Shown in pieces: positions 1-10,362 of a DNA stretch of 64,000 bases. The position numbers and the translations under genes are program-made. The first letter of the stretch is position 1. Each line of letters starts with the position of its first letter. The notes beneath the pieces were generated by a model. It searched no databases. It was not told the DNA's origin and saw only the letters and a program-made list of their open reading frames with translations. The stretch is from Vulcanimicrobiota bacterium (GTDB taxonomy: Bacteria > Vulcanimicrobiota > Vulcanimicrobiia > Vulcanimicrobiales > Vulcanimicrobiaceae). The stretch covers positions 511,203 through 575,202 of the forward strand of contig CAVQMS010000001.1 of assembly GCA_963713685.1 (NCBI GenBank). Reading direction: 5' to 3'.

Positions 1-219
1 GACGAGCGCGCCTTCCAATACGAACTGGAGAAGGATCAGCACGTCGAACTCGATGGGAGTCACCGCCGGAACGCGACCGGTTCGCAGCCCCGCTACGAAT
101 GCAGCCACGAACAGAAAGGCGACGAAACCGGCTAACAGCCAGGTCCAAACGCCCTTGAAACTATCCTTCGGCCAGCGCGTCGGCCAGTCGCGCGAAATCG
201 CTGAGGTCGAGTCGTTCAC
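1..219 (-). CDS. hypothetical membrane protein (partial; continues past window start)
   Basis: Minus-strand frame is open from a candidate GTG at 219 to the window edge. It encodes a hydrophobic helix, VWTWLLAGFVAFLFVAAFVAGL. It would overlap the rsmA 3' end by about 59 nt. No homology recognised. Confidence 0.3.
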   Translation of the reverse strand, partial: MNDSTSAISRDWPTRWPKDSFKGVWTWLLAGFVAFLFVAAFVAGLRTGRVPAVTPIEFDVLILLQFVLEGALV

Positions 220-991
220 CGCGAAGCTCCGGAGAGAGATTGCTGAGCGCGAGCGCCCGTCCAATCTTCTCCCGATCCAGGTCGAGTGCGAGTGAAAGAC
301 TGTTGACGAGCGTTTTCCGCCGGTACGCGAATGCGCCTCGGACGACCTTCCAAAACAGCGCCGCGTCCCGCATTTGAACCGCCGGCTGCGGCCGGCGCCG
401 CAGTTGAACGACACTGGATTTCACCTTTGGAGCCGGGAAGAACGATTGCGGGGCCAGCGTGAGCTCGATCTCGACCGACATTGCGTATTGCACCGCAACG
501 GAAAGACTGCCGTAGGCGGGGGTTCCGGGCGTCGCGACCAGCCTCTCCGCAACGTCTTTTTGCAGCATGAACGTCAGCGCTTCGGGTCCGCCATCCATCT
601 CGATCAAGCGAAGTATCAACGGGGTTGCGATGTTATACGGCAGATTGCCCGCAACTCGCCATCGCTCGCCGCGCGACCAGGCGGCATAATCGAACGTAAG
701 CGCGTCGGCAGTAAGGATTTGCGCGCCGGCTAACTCGAGACGCGTGTGCAGCAGCTCCACGAGCGCCGGATCGATCTCGATCGCGGCGAGGTTGGCGCCT
801 TCTTCGAGGAGCGCCAGCGTCAGCGTTCCGGTACCGGCCCCGATTTCGAGGCAACGCGTTCCCGGGGTCGCGCCGCGCTGACTCAAGCGCGCGATGTGGC
901 GAGCGGCCGAAACGTTGACGAGAAAATTCTGCCCCAAGCGTCTTCGCGGTCGAAGCCCCGCCTGGGCAAGAAGCTTACGGGGGCCGAGCAC
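161..991 (-). CDS. rsmA: 16S rRNA (adenine1518/1519-N6)-dimethyltransferase RsmA/KsgA
   Basis: 276 aa. Motifs RRRLGQNFLV, SAM-binding CLEIGAGTGTLTLAL and GNLPYNIATP are typical of KsgA. Confidence 0.93.
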   Translation of the reverse strand: MLGPRKLLAQAGLRPRRRLGQNFLVNVSAARHIARLSQRGATPGTRCLEIGAGTGTLTLALLEEGANLAAIEIDPALVELLHTRLELAGAQILTADALTFDYAAWSRGERWRVAGNLPYNIATPLILRLIEMDGGPEALTFMLQKDVAERLVATPGTPAYGSLSVAVQYAMSVEIELTLAPQSFFPAPKVKSSVVQLRRRPQPAVQMRDAALFWKVVRGAFAYRRKTLVNSLSLALDLDREKIGRALALSNLSPELRGERLDLSDFARLADALAEG

Positions 992-1005
992 CCCGTGATT
1001 GTACG

Positions 1006-1737
1006 CTACTTCAGCTTATAGACCGTTATGTCGCGGCGGCCGAAGAGCATCGCGTCGCGAACCGAATCGAAGCCCAAGTCGATACGACGTCCCACGATGG
1101 CGCCGCCGGTGTCGCCGGCAATCGCCGGGCCGTAGCCGGGAATATAGAGGCGCGTTCCGAGCGGAATCACCCGCGGATCGACGGCCACGATTCCGTGCCC
1201 CGCGCGCCGGCCGATCGCGGTCATGCCGTCACAACCCCCGCAGCTTGCGGTATAAGCCGTCGCGATCATCTCGATCGCCCCTCGCGCGAAGTATCCCATC
1301 CGCGCGATGCCGTGCGCCTCGAATGCCGCGAGCGGCGAATATCCAATTCCGTCCGCAACGATGCGTGGACGCGGCTCGCGTACGACCGCGGACCAGAGAA
1401 CGACCCGATGGACCGGACCGCCGTCGCGTTGGGCGTAGCGCGCTCGTAGTTCGAGAACGCCGGGCATACCGCGTACGACGACTTTAGAAGCCCCCGGGGC
1501 GAGCCCCGGAGTCAGCCGATGAACGGTTTGCGGTGGGATCGTGCGGTGCTCGCTACGCTCCCAGGTCACGAGACCATTGCGATGCCAGGTCACTTGCGTG
1601 ACCGATGAGTTCGAAAGCTGCGTGGCCGCGGAGGGCGCAAAGCCCGAGAGGGCGGCGGCTACCAAAGTGGCGCAGAGTACGCGTCCTATCAACCCGAAAT
1701 TCCTTTCTTTCTGGCTCGTCGCTAAGGCTTGCTCCAC
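1006..1737 (-). CDS. YabE/RpfB-like secreted protein with G5-like and 3D domains
   Basis: 243 aa with a hydrophobic N-terminus. The C-terminal 3D-domain motif is GIVAVDPRVIPLGTRLYIPGYG...GDTGGAIVGRRIDL. It sits directly upstream of rsmA, as yabE/rpfB does next to ksgA in Firmicutes and Actinobacteria. Confidence 0.8.
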   Translation of the reverse strand: MEQALATSQKERNFGLIGRVLCATLVAAALSGFAPSAATQLSNSSVTQVTWHRNGLVTWERSEHRTIPPQTVHRLTPGLAPGASKVVVRGMPGVLELRARYAQRDGGPVHRVVLWSAVVREPRPRIVADGIGYSPLAAFEAHGIARMGYFARGAIEMIATAYTASCGGCDGMTAIGRRAGHGIVAVDPRVIPLGTRLYIPGYGPAIAGDTGGAIVGRRIDLGFDSVRDAMLFGRRDITVYKLK

Positions 1738-1941
1738 ACCACGCAGAGAATGCGAACATTGAGCGGCGAGTCGTATGTTGGAAGCGGCGCGAGGCGGCCG
1801 CTGGGTGATGGATCCTACGGAAACGCCAAGACACTCGAAGCCTGCTTGCTGTCCGTTTTGGCAGGCCTATCTGACCCGGGCACTATAGCACATCCGTTCC
1901 GAACCGGGAATATGCCGAAAGTCACAAAGCTCAAGGAGGGA

Positions 1942-1979
1942 CCTTTTCGCCGGTCCTCGATGGATTCGAGGCGAAAAGG
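1942..1979 (+). promoter_or_regulatory. stem-loop (10-bp perfect stem CCTTTTCGCC/GGCGAAAAGG) ending 8 nt before the GT4 start codon
   Basis: Read directly from sequence: ccttttcgcc at 1942-1951 pairs with ggcgaaaagg at 1970-1979. Function unknown. Confidence 0.35.
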
Positions 1980-1986
1980 GTTCGCA

Positions 1987-3126
1987 ATGGAGTCCCTCCG
2001 CGTCGGCTTCTTCACCGAAATTTACCGTCCCGTCGTCAACGGCGTGGTGGAATCGGTCGAGGGGCTCGCAGAAAGCTTGCGCGCCAGGGGGCATGAAGTC
2101 TATTGCTTCACGCCGTGGATACCGGGCCACACCGAAGCTGATGGCCCGGTGTTCCGGATGCCGTCCCTGCCTCTGCCGACTCGGACACCCTATCGCCTAA
2201 CGCTGCCGCTCGTCAGCCGGCGCAATCTCAACGGCATCATCAAGCGGCTTTCCGTCGTGCACGTACACTCGCCGTTCGTTACGGGTTGGATGGGGCTACG
2301 CTACGCGCGACGCTACGGCATGCCGCTCGTCTATACGTATCACACACAGCTCGAGGCCTACGCGCATTACGTTCCCTTCGAGCCCAATGCCACGCGGTTC
2401 GCGGCAACGCAGCTAACCCGCAGGTTCGCGAACCGGACCGACGCGGTGATCGTACCGACGCGCGCGATGGCGCAGCGATTGCGCGACGTGGGCGTCACGA
2501 CGCGGGTCGAGATCGTGCCGAGCGGGATCGACGTGGCGCGTTTCGGTGCGGGACGACGCGACGAAGGACTGCGGTCGAAGATCGGCCTCCGGCGCGAAGA
2601 CATGCTCTTGCTGTGCGTCGGCAGGCTCGCTAAGGAGAAAAATCTCGAGTTGTTGTTCGAGGCCCTGGCTTACGCCAAAGACCCCGCCTTGAAGCTCGTC
2701 GTCGCCGGCGACGGTCCTTTGCGCGCGGATTTGGAAGAGCTGGCGCGCGCACGTGGGCTGAGCCGGCAGGCGCGGTTTCTCGGATTGGTCCCGCGCGACG
2801 AGTTGCCGGATCTCTACGCGAGCGCGGATGCATTCGTAATGCCGAGTACGACCGAGACCCAGGGGCTCGTTCTCGCTGAAGCGCTGGCCGCCGGCGCCCA
2901 TGTGATCGCGGCCGACGCCGCTCAAAACCGCGACGTCCTCGACGGCGCCGGGCAGATCGTGGCTGCCACCGCCGAAGGGTTTGCCCAAGCGTTTCGCGAG
3001 GTTGGAACCCACTCGGATCGGCAGCCGGCCGCCCGCCGCGCCGCGCAACGGTTTTCGCTGGAAACGCAGACCGACCGTACGCTCGCTCTCTACGATAGCC
3101 TGCGGCACCCCGCTCGCATTGCTTGA
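1987..3126 (+). CDS. glycosyltransferase family 4 (GT-B fold)
   Basis: Lies within ORF 1729..3126. The ATG at 1987 gives a typical GT4 N-terminus, MESLRVGFFTEIYRPVVNGV. The C-terminal sugar-nucleotide motif is PSTTETQGLVLAEALAAG. Confidence 0.85.
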   Translation: MESLRVGFFTEIYRPVVNGVVESVEGLAESLRARGHEVYCFTPWIPGHTEADGPVFRMPSLPLPTRTPYRLTLPLVSRRNLNGIIKRLSVVHVHSPFVTGWMGLRYARRYGMPLVYTYHTQLEAYAHYVPFEPNATRFAATQLTRRFANRTDAVIVPTRAMAQRLRDVGVTTRVEIVPSGIDVARFGAGRRDEGLRSKIGLRREDMLLLCVGRLAKEKNLELLFEALAYAKDPALKLVVAGDGPLRADLEELARARGLSRQARFLGLVPRDELPDLYASADAFVMPSTTETQGLVLAEALAAGAHVIAADAAQNRDVLDGAGQIVAATAEGFAQAFREVGTHSDRQPAARRAAQRFSLETQTDRTLALYDSLRHPARIA

Positions 3127-3584
3127 CGCGAACGTATGTTCGCTATACAATTGGGTACGAGGCGAATGAAATGCGAGCCGCAGATCAAGGGGTGGAAGCA
3201 GCAATCGGCTACGCGGTCGGGCCGCGTGGGCATGGCCTGGCCTACGCGCGCCTGACCGGCGGGGTGCAGAAGGTGCTGCGACTTCCGTTTCGGATTACGC
3301 GGCCGGCGCTGCGCAACGATCGTGTCGGCGGCTATGCGGCCTTGACCGCGGTCGCGCGGACCCTGCGCGACCGCGGAATCCAACGCGTGCGCTTGTTGTT
3401 GAACGACGCGGCGCTCGTAGAAGAGATCTCGAGCCGGCGCGAGTTGGCGGAGGCGCTCGTGCTTCCGTACGTTCGTTTACGGTGCGTTCTCAACTCGCTT
3501 GCCGGGTACAGCGTAACGGTCGGAGCTACCGACGATCTAACGCAAAGGGCTCGAGCCGAAGTCGCGCTGAACCTTGCTGCGTGA
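3123..3584 (+). CDS. hypothetical protein (possibly a degenerate RNase H-like fold)
   Basis: 153-aa ORF starting at TTG 3123, with an alternative ATG at 3171 preceded by GAGG. Its stop overlaps the GTG start of mpg (GTGA). Resemblance to RVT_3/RNase H-like proteins is weak and judged by eye only (GGYAALTAVARTLRDRG...LLLNDAALV). Confidence 0.45.
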   Translation: MTRTYVRYTIGYEANEMRAADQGVEAAIGYAVGPRGHGLAYARLTGGVQKVLRLPFRITRPALRNDRVGGYAALTAVARTLRDRGIQRVRLLLNDAALVEEISSRRELAEALVLPYVRLRCVLNSLAGYSVTVGATDDLTQRARAEVALNLAA

Positions 3585-4183
3585 TCCTTACCCGGTTAAC
3601 GCCGGAAGCCTTGCCGATTGAAACCCAAGCGCTGGCCGAAGCTTTGCTCGGCCACATTCTCGTTCGTGAAAGCGGCGATGGTCTGACCGCCGGCAAGATC
3701 GTCGAGACGGAGGCGTATCTTCCGGGAGATCCGGCTTGCCACGCTTTTAGCGGGAAGAGCCGCCGTAACGCGACGCTCTTCGGTCCGCCGCATCGCGCCT
3801 ACGTCTATCAAATCTATGGGACGTCGTTCTGTTTCAATTTATCGAGCGAGCCCGACGGAAAAGGGGCCGGCGTGCTGGTACGCGCGCTGGAACCGATCGA
3901 AGGCCTAGCGATCATGCAGGCGCGGCGTGAGATCGACCGAGTGGACGATCTTTGTCGCGGCCCGGGACGGCTTTGTCGCGCCCTAGCCATCGATCGCTCC
4001 TTGGACGGCCTGGATATCTTCTCGCATCCGCAGCTGTGGTTGGCGGGCACGACCACGCCGCGCGCCCGCGTTGGGCGCAGTCGCCGAATCGGGGTGACGC
4101 GAGCCGCGGAGCGACGATTGCGTTTCTATGAGGCGGGAAGCCCCTACGTCAGTGGACCCGCTCGCCTGAGCCGACCGGCTTGA
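3581..4183 (+). CDS. mpg: DNA-3-methyladenine glycosylase (AAG/MPG family)
   Basis: GTG 3581 overlaps the upstream stop. Motifs: ETEAYLPGDPACHAF, RNATLFGPPHRAYVYQIYG, GAGVLVRALEP, LCRGPGRLCRAL. Confidence 0.88.
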   Translation: MILTRLTPEALPIETQALAEALLGHILVRESGDGLTAGKIVETEAYLPGDPACHAFSGKSRRNATLFGPPHRAYVYQIYGTSFCFNLSSEPDGKGAGVLVRALEPIEGLAIMQARREIDRVDDLCRGPGRLCRALAIDRSLDGLDIFSHPQLWLAGTTTPRARVGRSRRIGVTRAAERRLRFYEAGSPYVSGPARLSRPA

Positions 4184-4208
4184 AGGCTTGAGGTCCCTGT
4201 GTTATAGT
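4180..4208 (+). promoter_or_regulatory. sigma70-type promoter candidate for rho (TTGAAG-17 nt-TATAGT with a TG extended -10)
   Basis: TTGAAG at 4180-4185, a 17-nt spacer, and TATAGT at 4203-4208 preceded by TGT. It lies about 300 nt upstream of the rho ATG. Confidence 0.5.
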
Positions 4209-4510
4209 GTGGTCGTCGCGCCGCGTCGTTTTGTAGACGGCAGCGACACTCTTTGACATCCCCACGCTCACGTCACCGGTCCGATTGCGGAGGCAGCCTC
4301 GCCTCGCCCTCGATCGTCGAAGCTCGACGTGTGCGGCTCTAACAGCGAGATATTCTTCTGCAAACCGAACATCGTCCCAACAGCGAACAGCGCTTCAACA
4401 ACGCACAGCAAGGTAGCGGAGGCCGCCGTCGCCGTCCGCGACGCCGCCATCACTTTGGGCAACATCCGGGCGCCTTTCACGATCAGCTTCCGCAGGTCGA
4501 AGTGCCGCCG

Positions 4511-5806
<1,296 letters not shown>

Positions 5807-5830
5807 TAGCGGCGGCTTCTGCACCGGGTA

Positions 5831-6580
5831 ATGTCCGGCACGCGACTCAATAAGTATCTAGCTCGTGGGGGCGTAGCGTCGCGGCGGCATGCCGACGAGC
5901 TGATCGCCAAAGGCTGCGTCCGCGTCAACGGCAAGCTCGTGCGCGAGCTGGGAACGCTCGTCCAATCCGGCGATCGCGTCGAAGTGAATGGGAGTCCGGT
6001 AGAGCTTCCGGCGGAGCCGACGTATTTGCTGCTGAACAAACCGCTAGGCGTCGTCACGACCATGCGGGATCCCGAGGGGCGTTCCACCGTCTCGGAGTTG
6101 GTCGGCGCTCGGCCCGGCATCTTTCCGGTGGGGCGACTCGACTACGGAACCTCGGGGGTCTTATTGCTGACGGATGACGGCGAGCTCGCACACCGCTTGC
6201 TTCATCCACGATTCGGCGTCGACAAGACCTATCGCGTCGCGATCGCCGGCCGCCTTTCGCCCGAAGACGTTTACCGCTTGACCAGCGGCGTAATGCTGCC
6301 CGAGTTCCGCGCCGCAGGCGCGAAGGTGCGCGTCGTTTCGGTTCGCCGAGACTCGAGCGTGGTGGACGTGACCATCAACGAAGGCCGCAATCGCCAAGTT
6401 CGGAGGATGTTCGAGGCGCTCGAGCGCCGCGTTCTGATGTTGACGCGGATCCGATTCGGCCCGTTGAAACTCGGTGGCCTACCGGCCGGCCGGTTTCGTG
6501 AACTGACCGTTAAAGAACGGGCGGCACTGGAGCGGCATCGCAGGCCGCCGACCGAACGGCCTCGTACCACACCGGCGTGA
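5831..6580 (+). CDS. rluB: rRNA pseudouridine synthase, RsuA/RluB family
   Basis: S4 domain RLNKYLARGGVASRRHADELI. Catalytic motif PVGRLDYGTSGVLLLTDDGELAHRL. Also NEGRNRQVRRMF. Confidence 0.88.
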   Translation: MSGTRLNKYLARGGVASRRHADELIAKGCVRVNGKLVRELGTLVQSGDRVEVNGSPVELPAEPTYLLLNKPLGVVTTMRDPEGRSTVSELVGARPGIFPVGRLDYGTSGVLLLTDDGELAHRLLHPRFGVDKTYRVAIAGRLSPEDVYRLTSGVMLPEFRAAGAKVRVVSVRRDSSVVDVTINEGRNRQVRRMFEALERRVLMLTRIRFGPLKLGGLPAGRFRELTVKERAALERHRRPPTERPRTTPA

Positions 6581-6588
6581 GGTGTGCC

Positions 6589-7974
6589 ATGAAAAGATCG
6601 TTTCGAATTGCCGGGCCGGCCGTCGTGGCGCTCGTTGCGTTTGCGCAGACTCCGGCTTCGGCGCAGTACGCGAATGAATTCGTGCCCGCGAGACTGATTC
6701 ATCAGGGGACGACGAGTGCCCCGATCGTCGGCAATGGCAAGGTCGTCGTGCAAGTCGAGGTCCATCCCGACGGTTCGCACAAAGCAATCAAGGTCATTAG
6801 CTCGACGAACCCCGGCGATAACGCCGCGGCGATGGAAATCGCTCAGAGCTCGAGCTATCGCCCGGCGCATCGCGGCTCGGCAGCGATCACGGCATTCTAC
6901 GACTTCACGCTGCAATTCCACGGCAAATCGGTATCGAATGCGGCAAACGAGGGTTCCGGTGCGGGTCTGCCCGCGGGAGGTTCGCTAAGCGGTGCCGCGA
7001 GCCAGGTCGCGTCACTGATTCGGGCCGGACAATATGCCCAGGCAAAGTCCAAGGCGGAAGCCGAGCTGCTCTCGGCGCCGGGCGACGAGTCGTTGCGTCA
7101 GATGCTCGGCGTCGCTGCGTTCGATAGCGGCGATTATATGACCGCCGCCCAATCGTTCGATAAGGTCGGAACGATCGGCAAGCAGTTCCAGCCGATCGCG
7201 GCGCGCAGTTTCGCGAGGGCTGCCGTGGACGTCGCTCCGCAAGACCCAGCGCAGTCGCTAGCGTACGCGCAAAAGGCCGTGGCGCTCGACCAAAGCACGA
7301 ACTCGAAGTACGCGCTGGGCCAAGCGCAGCTGGCCAACAAGCAGTACGGCGACGCGATTACGACGCTCAAGGCGGTCCGGGCGGCGGCATTCGCTGACCC
7401 CAAGACGCCGACGAGCGCCAAGGTAGCCATCGATTCGGCGCTTATGAACGCTTACTTGCAGACGAACGATTCCCAAGCCGTGCAATCGACCGCCGCCGAG
7501 ATCAAGCAGCTGGATCCGAACAGCACGCTTCCCGGACGCGTCGTCGGGGCCAGCCTGCTGAAGATGGGCGTGGACGCGGCGAACGCCAAGAACTACGGCC
7601 AAGCCTTCAAAGACTTCGATCAAGCGGCCGCCGGAGGCGACCCTGAGGTCGCCGTCACAGCTTATACACAATCCGCGTTCTTGGTTGCGAAGATGGATAA
7701 GCCGGACTACAAGCGGATGCAAGCGTACGCCGACAAAGCCCTCGCGCTCAAGCCGAACGACGCGCAAGCGAATTTTGCCGAAGGGGTCGCGCTGACGGCT
7801 CAGTGGGCCTCAAATCATGACGACGGTATGAAAAAGAGAGCGACCGACGCCCTAGATAAGGCCGACCAGCAAGCGAAAGCGGAGGGCAACGAAGCGCTTT
7901 CGCTGCAGATCGAATCGTTTGTCAAAAAGAATCTCAACGCGGCTCCCGCCGCCGGGGCGGGAAGCGACGGTTAA
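6589..7974 (+). CDS. secreted TonB_C-like domain plus TPR-like repeat protein
   Basis: Signal peptide MKRSFRIAGPAVVALVAFAQTPASA. A TonB_C-like module (VVVQVEVHPDGSHKAIKVISSTNPGDNAAAMEIAQSSSYRPA) is followed by long Ala/Gln-rich helical TPR-like repeats. The ATG at 6589 is preferred over GTG 6577. Confidence 0.7.
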   Translation: MKRSFRIAGPAVVALVAFAQTPASAQYANEFVPARLIHQGTTSAPIVGNGKVVVQVEVHPDGSHKAIKVISSTNPGDNAAAMEIAQSSSYRPAHRGSAAITAFYDFTLQFHGKSVSNAANEGSGAGLPAGGSLSGAASQVASLIRAGQYAQAKSKAEAELLSAPGDESLRQMLGVAAFDSGDYMTAAQSFDKVGTIGKQFQPIAARSFARAAVDVAPQDPAQSLAYAQKAVALDQSTNSKYALGQAQLANKQYGDAITTLKAVRAAAFADPKTPTSAKVAIDSALMNAYLQTNDSQAVQSTAAEIKQLDPNSTLPGRVVGASLLKMGVDAANAKNYGQAFKDFDQAAAGGDPEVAVTAYTQSAFLVAKMDKPDYKRMQAYADKALALKPNDAQANFAEGVALTAQWASNHDDGMKKRATDALDKADQQAKAEGNEALSLQIESFVKKNLNAAPAAGAGSDG

Positions 7975-8071
7975 CGTTACCAGGACTTTCGGCCGGGGTA
8001 GGCCAATCTCGCGCCCTCACGGGGCGAAGGTCGCCGCGGATCAACAGCTAGTGGAGGGGTGGTAAGAAGCC

Positions 8072-8743
8072 ATGTTTTCGGGATTTATGGGCCTCATGCA
8101 GCAGGGCGGCTGGGACATGTGGCTGCTTTTGCTCATTTCGATCGTCGGTCTCGCGGTCGTCATCGAGCGGCTGGTCTTCTTCGGGATGCAGCATGGCGAC
8201 ACGAAGGGCCTGTTGCGCCAAATCGGCACGAAGGTTTCGGAGGACGATCTCGACGGAGCCATCGCGCTCTGTAAGAAGAACCGCGGAATGCTTCCGCGGA
8301 TTCTTGAGTTCGGGCTTCGCCGCGGTGAGAAAAACCGAACGGACATCACCGACGCGCTCTCGATCGCACTCATGGAACATCTCAATTCGCTGGAGCGCAA
8401 CCTCGCCATCATCGGCACGATCGCCGTCATCGCGCCCTTCGTCGGGCTCTTCGGCACCGTCTTGGGCATCATCCGGGCGTTCCAAGACATCGCGCTCAAG
8501 GGCAACTCGACGCCGGCCGTCGTGGCCGCGGGCGTTTCGGAAGCGCTCATCACGACCGCCACCGGCCTGATTATCGCCGTTATTGCCGTCGTTTTCTTCA
8601 ACTTCTTCAAGTCGCGCATCAAGAACTACAACCAAGAAATGATCGTCGCCGCCAACCAGCTCGCCGAAATGCTGCACTTCCACAACACCGGCGCGCCGAT
8701 TCCGACGGACCTCTATCAGCCCACGAGAGCCACGGCCAAGTAA
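8072..8743 (+). CDS. exbB: MotA/TolQ/ExbB proton-channel protein
   Basis: 223 aa with three hydrophobic helices. Signature LAIIGTIAVIAPFVGLFGTVLGIIRAF. GGAGG lies upstream of the ATG. Confidence 0.9.
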   Translation: MFSGFMGLMQQGGWDMWLLLLISIVGLAVVIERLVFFGMQHGDTKGLLRQIGTKVSEDDLDGAIALCKKNRGMLPRILEFGLRRGEKNRTDITDALSIALMEHLNSLERNLAIIGTIAVIAPFVGLFGTVLGIIRAFQDIALKGNSTPAVVAAGVSEALITTATGLIIAVIAVVFFNFFKSRIKNYNQEMIVAANQLAEMLHFHNTGAPIPTDLYQPTRATAK

Positions 8744-8761
8744 GACCGGAGAGGCACGACC

Positions 8762-9172
8762 GTGGGACTGCTTTCGGCACAACAAGAGCAGGAGGTAATG
8801 GCGGAGATCAACATCACGCCGTTCACCGACGTACTGCTCGTTTTGCTCATCATCTTCATGATTCTCGCCGCGTTGGTAGCGCCGCCCGGTTTCGAAAAAG
8901 AACTGCCCAACAAGAACCCCAATAGCTCGAGCATGAACAAGAACAAGAACGATATCGAAGTCGATGTCAACAACAAGGGCGTGATCTTCGTCGACGGAAC
9001 CAAAACCGACGAGGTCGGCGTTTATCGCGTCATTTACGATGCCTCGAAAAAGAAGCCGCACCACCACGTTGCCGTCGTCGCTGACGCGAAGGCGCCTTAC
9101 GGCATCATCATTCGAATTCTCGACGCCGCCAAGCAAGCCGGCTTGGAAGACGTCGGCTTCGTAACGTCCTAG
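8762..9172 (+). CDS. exbD: ExbD/TolR biopolymer transport protein (copy 1)
   Basis: EINITPFTDVLLVLLIIFMIL transmembrane motif plus a periplasmic domain. The GTG start leaves a short cytoplasmic N-terminus, as usual for ExbD. Confidence 0.88.
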   Translation: MGLLSAQQEQEVMAEINITPFTDVLLVLLIIFMILAALVAPPGFEKELPNKNPNSSSMNKNKNDIEVDVNNKGVIFVDGTKTDEVGVYRVIYDASKKKPHHHVAVVADAKAPYGIIIRILDAAKQAGLEDVGFVTS

Positions 9173-9183
9173 GAGGGTAGCAC

Positions 9184-9609
9184 GTGGCCGTTTCCACCGG
9201 TGGAGGCGAAGATGAAGTAATGTCGACGATCAACATCACGCCGTTTACGGACGTGTTGTTGGTGTTGCTCATTATTTTCATCATTTTAGCGTCGGTCACG
9301 AAAGAACCCAGGCTGCCTGACGCCTACAATAAGGACAAGGTTCAGCCCTCACAGATCGTCGTCATCATCGACGAGCACGATCACATTCAGATCGGATCCA
9401 ACACCGTATCGATCGCCGACGCAAAGGGGGCGTTTGCGCAGCTGCAAGACGCGACGGACCATAAGTTCAAGAGCGTCATCATCAAGGCCAATCCCAAAAC
9501 GAGCTACGGCGTGATCCTGCAGTTGATGGACGCTGCAAAGTCCGTGAACCTCACCGACTTCGGCCTGGCGAACCACGTCCAGGGCACCCCCGCGGGGACG
9601 AACCAGTAG
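9184..9609 (+). CDS. exbD: ExbD/TolR biopolymer transport protein (copy 2)
   Basis: TINITPFTDVLLVLLIIFIIL transmembrane motif. The C-terminal segment KANPKTSYGVILQLMDAAK is typical of ExbD. Confidence 0.88.
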   Translation: MAVSTGGGEDEVMSTINITPFTDVLLVLLIIFIILASVTKEPRLPDAYNKDKVQPSQIVVIIDEHDHIQIGSNTVSIADAKGAFAQLQDATDHKFKSVIIKANPKTSYGVILQLMDAAKSVNLTDFGLANHVQGTPAGTNQ

Positions 9610-9612
9610 CTG

Positions 9613-10341
9613 ATGGCCAAGCGCGGCTCTCCTTACATTACGACCGGCGAACGGGTCCGAAGCTTTATCGGCTGGGCCTTCGTGATCTCATTGGTCGCGC
9701 ACTTAGCGATCGGCTCGGTGCTGCCGAACTTCGCGCAGCATCACGAGGAGCAGCAAGTGGAGAAGGTGACGATGGCCAAGAAGACGCGCGTGCGCGTCCC
9801 GACGCCGCCCCCACCCACGCCGACTCCCCCGCCGACGCCCACGCCGAATCCGCGGTCGACGCCGCCGCCGAAAAAAGTAGAGCTGCCGCAGCCCAAGCTC
9901 AAGGTCAACCTGGTACACACGAGCAGCAAATCGGCGACCGGATCAACCGAAAATACCGTTGCGCAACCCAAGTCCGGCAACGAAAACGGCGCGCCGCAAG
10001 GCGTGGGAACGGGGCCGCCGCAGCCTACCGCAGCGCCGGGAACGCCCAAGCCGGCCTGCGCGAACCCGAACGTCGAGGCGACCGTGACCAATCCGGTGCA
10101 ACCCGACTATCCGGAATCGGCGCGCGATCTCGGCCTTGGTGCCGTGACCGTCGAGGTAGAAGTGACGGTCGGTCCGAGCGGCAATCTCATTACGGCAAAG
10201 GTTTACAAGAGTTCCAGCAACATGGCGATCGATCAGGCGGCACTGCGTGCGGCTCGGCAGTCAGCGTACTCGCCGAAGCTCGTGGAGTGCCAGCCGACGC
10301 AGGGTGATTATCTCTTCCGCGCGGATTTCCAACCCGACTAA
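9613..10341 (+). CDS. tonB: TonB family energy transducer (copy 1)
   Basis: TM helix with an SxxxH motif (SLVAH). Pro-rich rod PTPPPPTPTPPPTPTPNP. TonB_C domain PDYPESARDLGLGAVTVEVEVTVGPSGNLITAKV...AIDQAALRAAR. Confidence 0.88.
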   Translation: MAKRGSPYITTGERVRSFIGWAFVISLVAHLAIGSVLPNFAQHHEEQQVEKVTMAKKTRVRVPTPPPPTPTPPPTPTPNPRSTPPPKKVELPQPKLKVNLVHTSSKSATGSTENTVAQPKSGNENGAPQGVGTGPPQPTAAPGTPKPACANPNVEATVTNPVQPDYPESARDLGLGAVTVEVEVTVGPSGNLITAKVYKSSSNMAIDQAALRAARQSAYSPKLVECQPTQGDYLFRADFQPD

Positions 10342-10362
10342 TCTGCCCGCGTCCCATGAACT

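Noticed and set aside
53-295. 80-aa plus-strand ORF at the window start
   Set aside because: It overlaps the 3' end of rsmA on the opposite strand, has no motifs and has a biased composition. The minus-strand partial membrane ORF is a slightly better, though still weak, explanation for positions 1-219.
8048-9136. 362-aa ORF on the minus strand, antisense to exbB/exbD
   Set aside because: It is fully overlapped by genes with clear ExbB/ExbD motifs. Its composition is Arg/Gly/Asp-rich with no recognisable domain. Long antisense ORFs are expected in GC-rich DNA.
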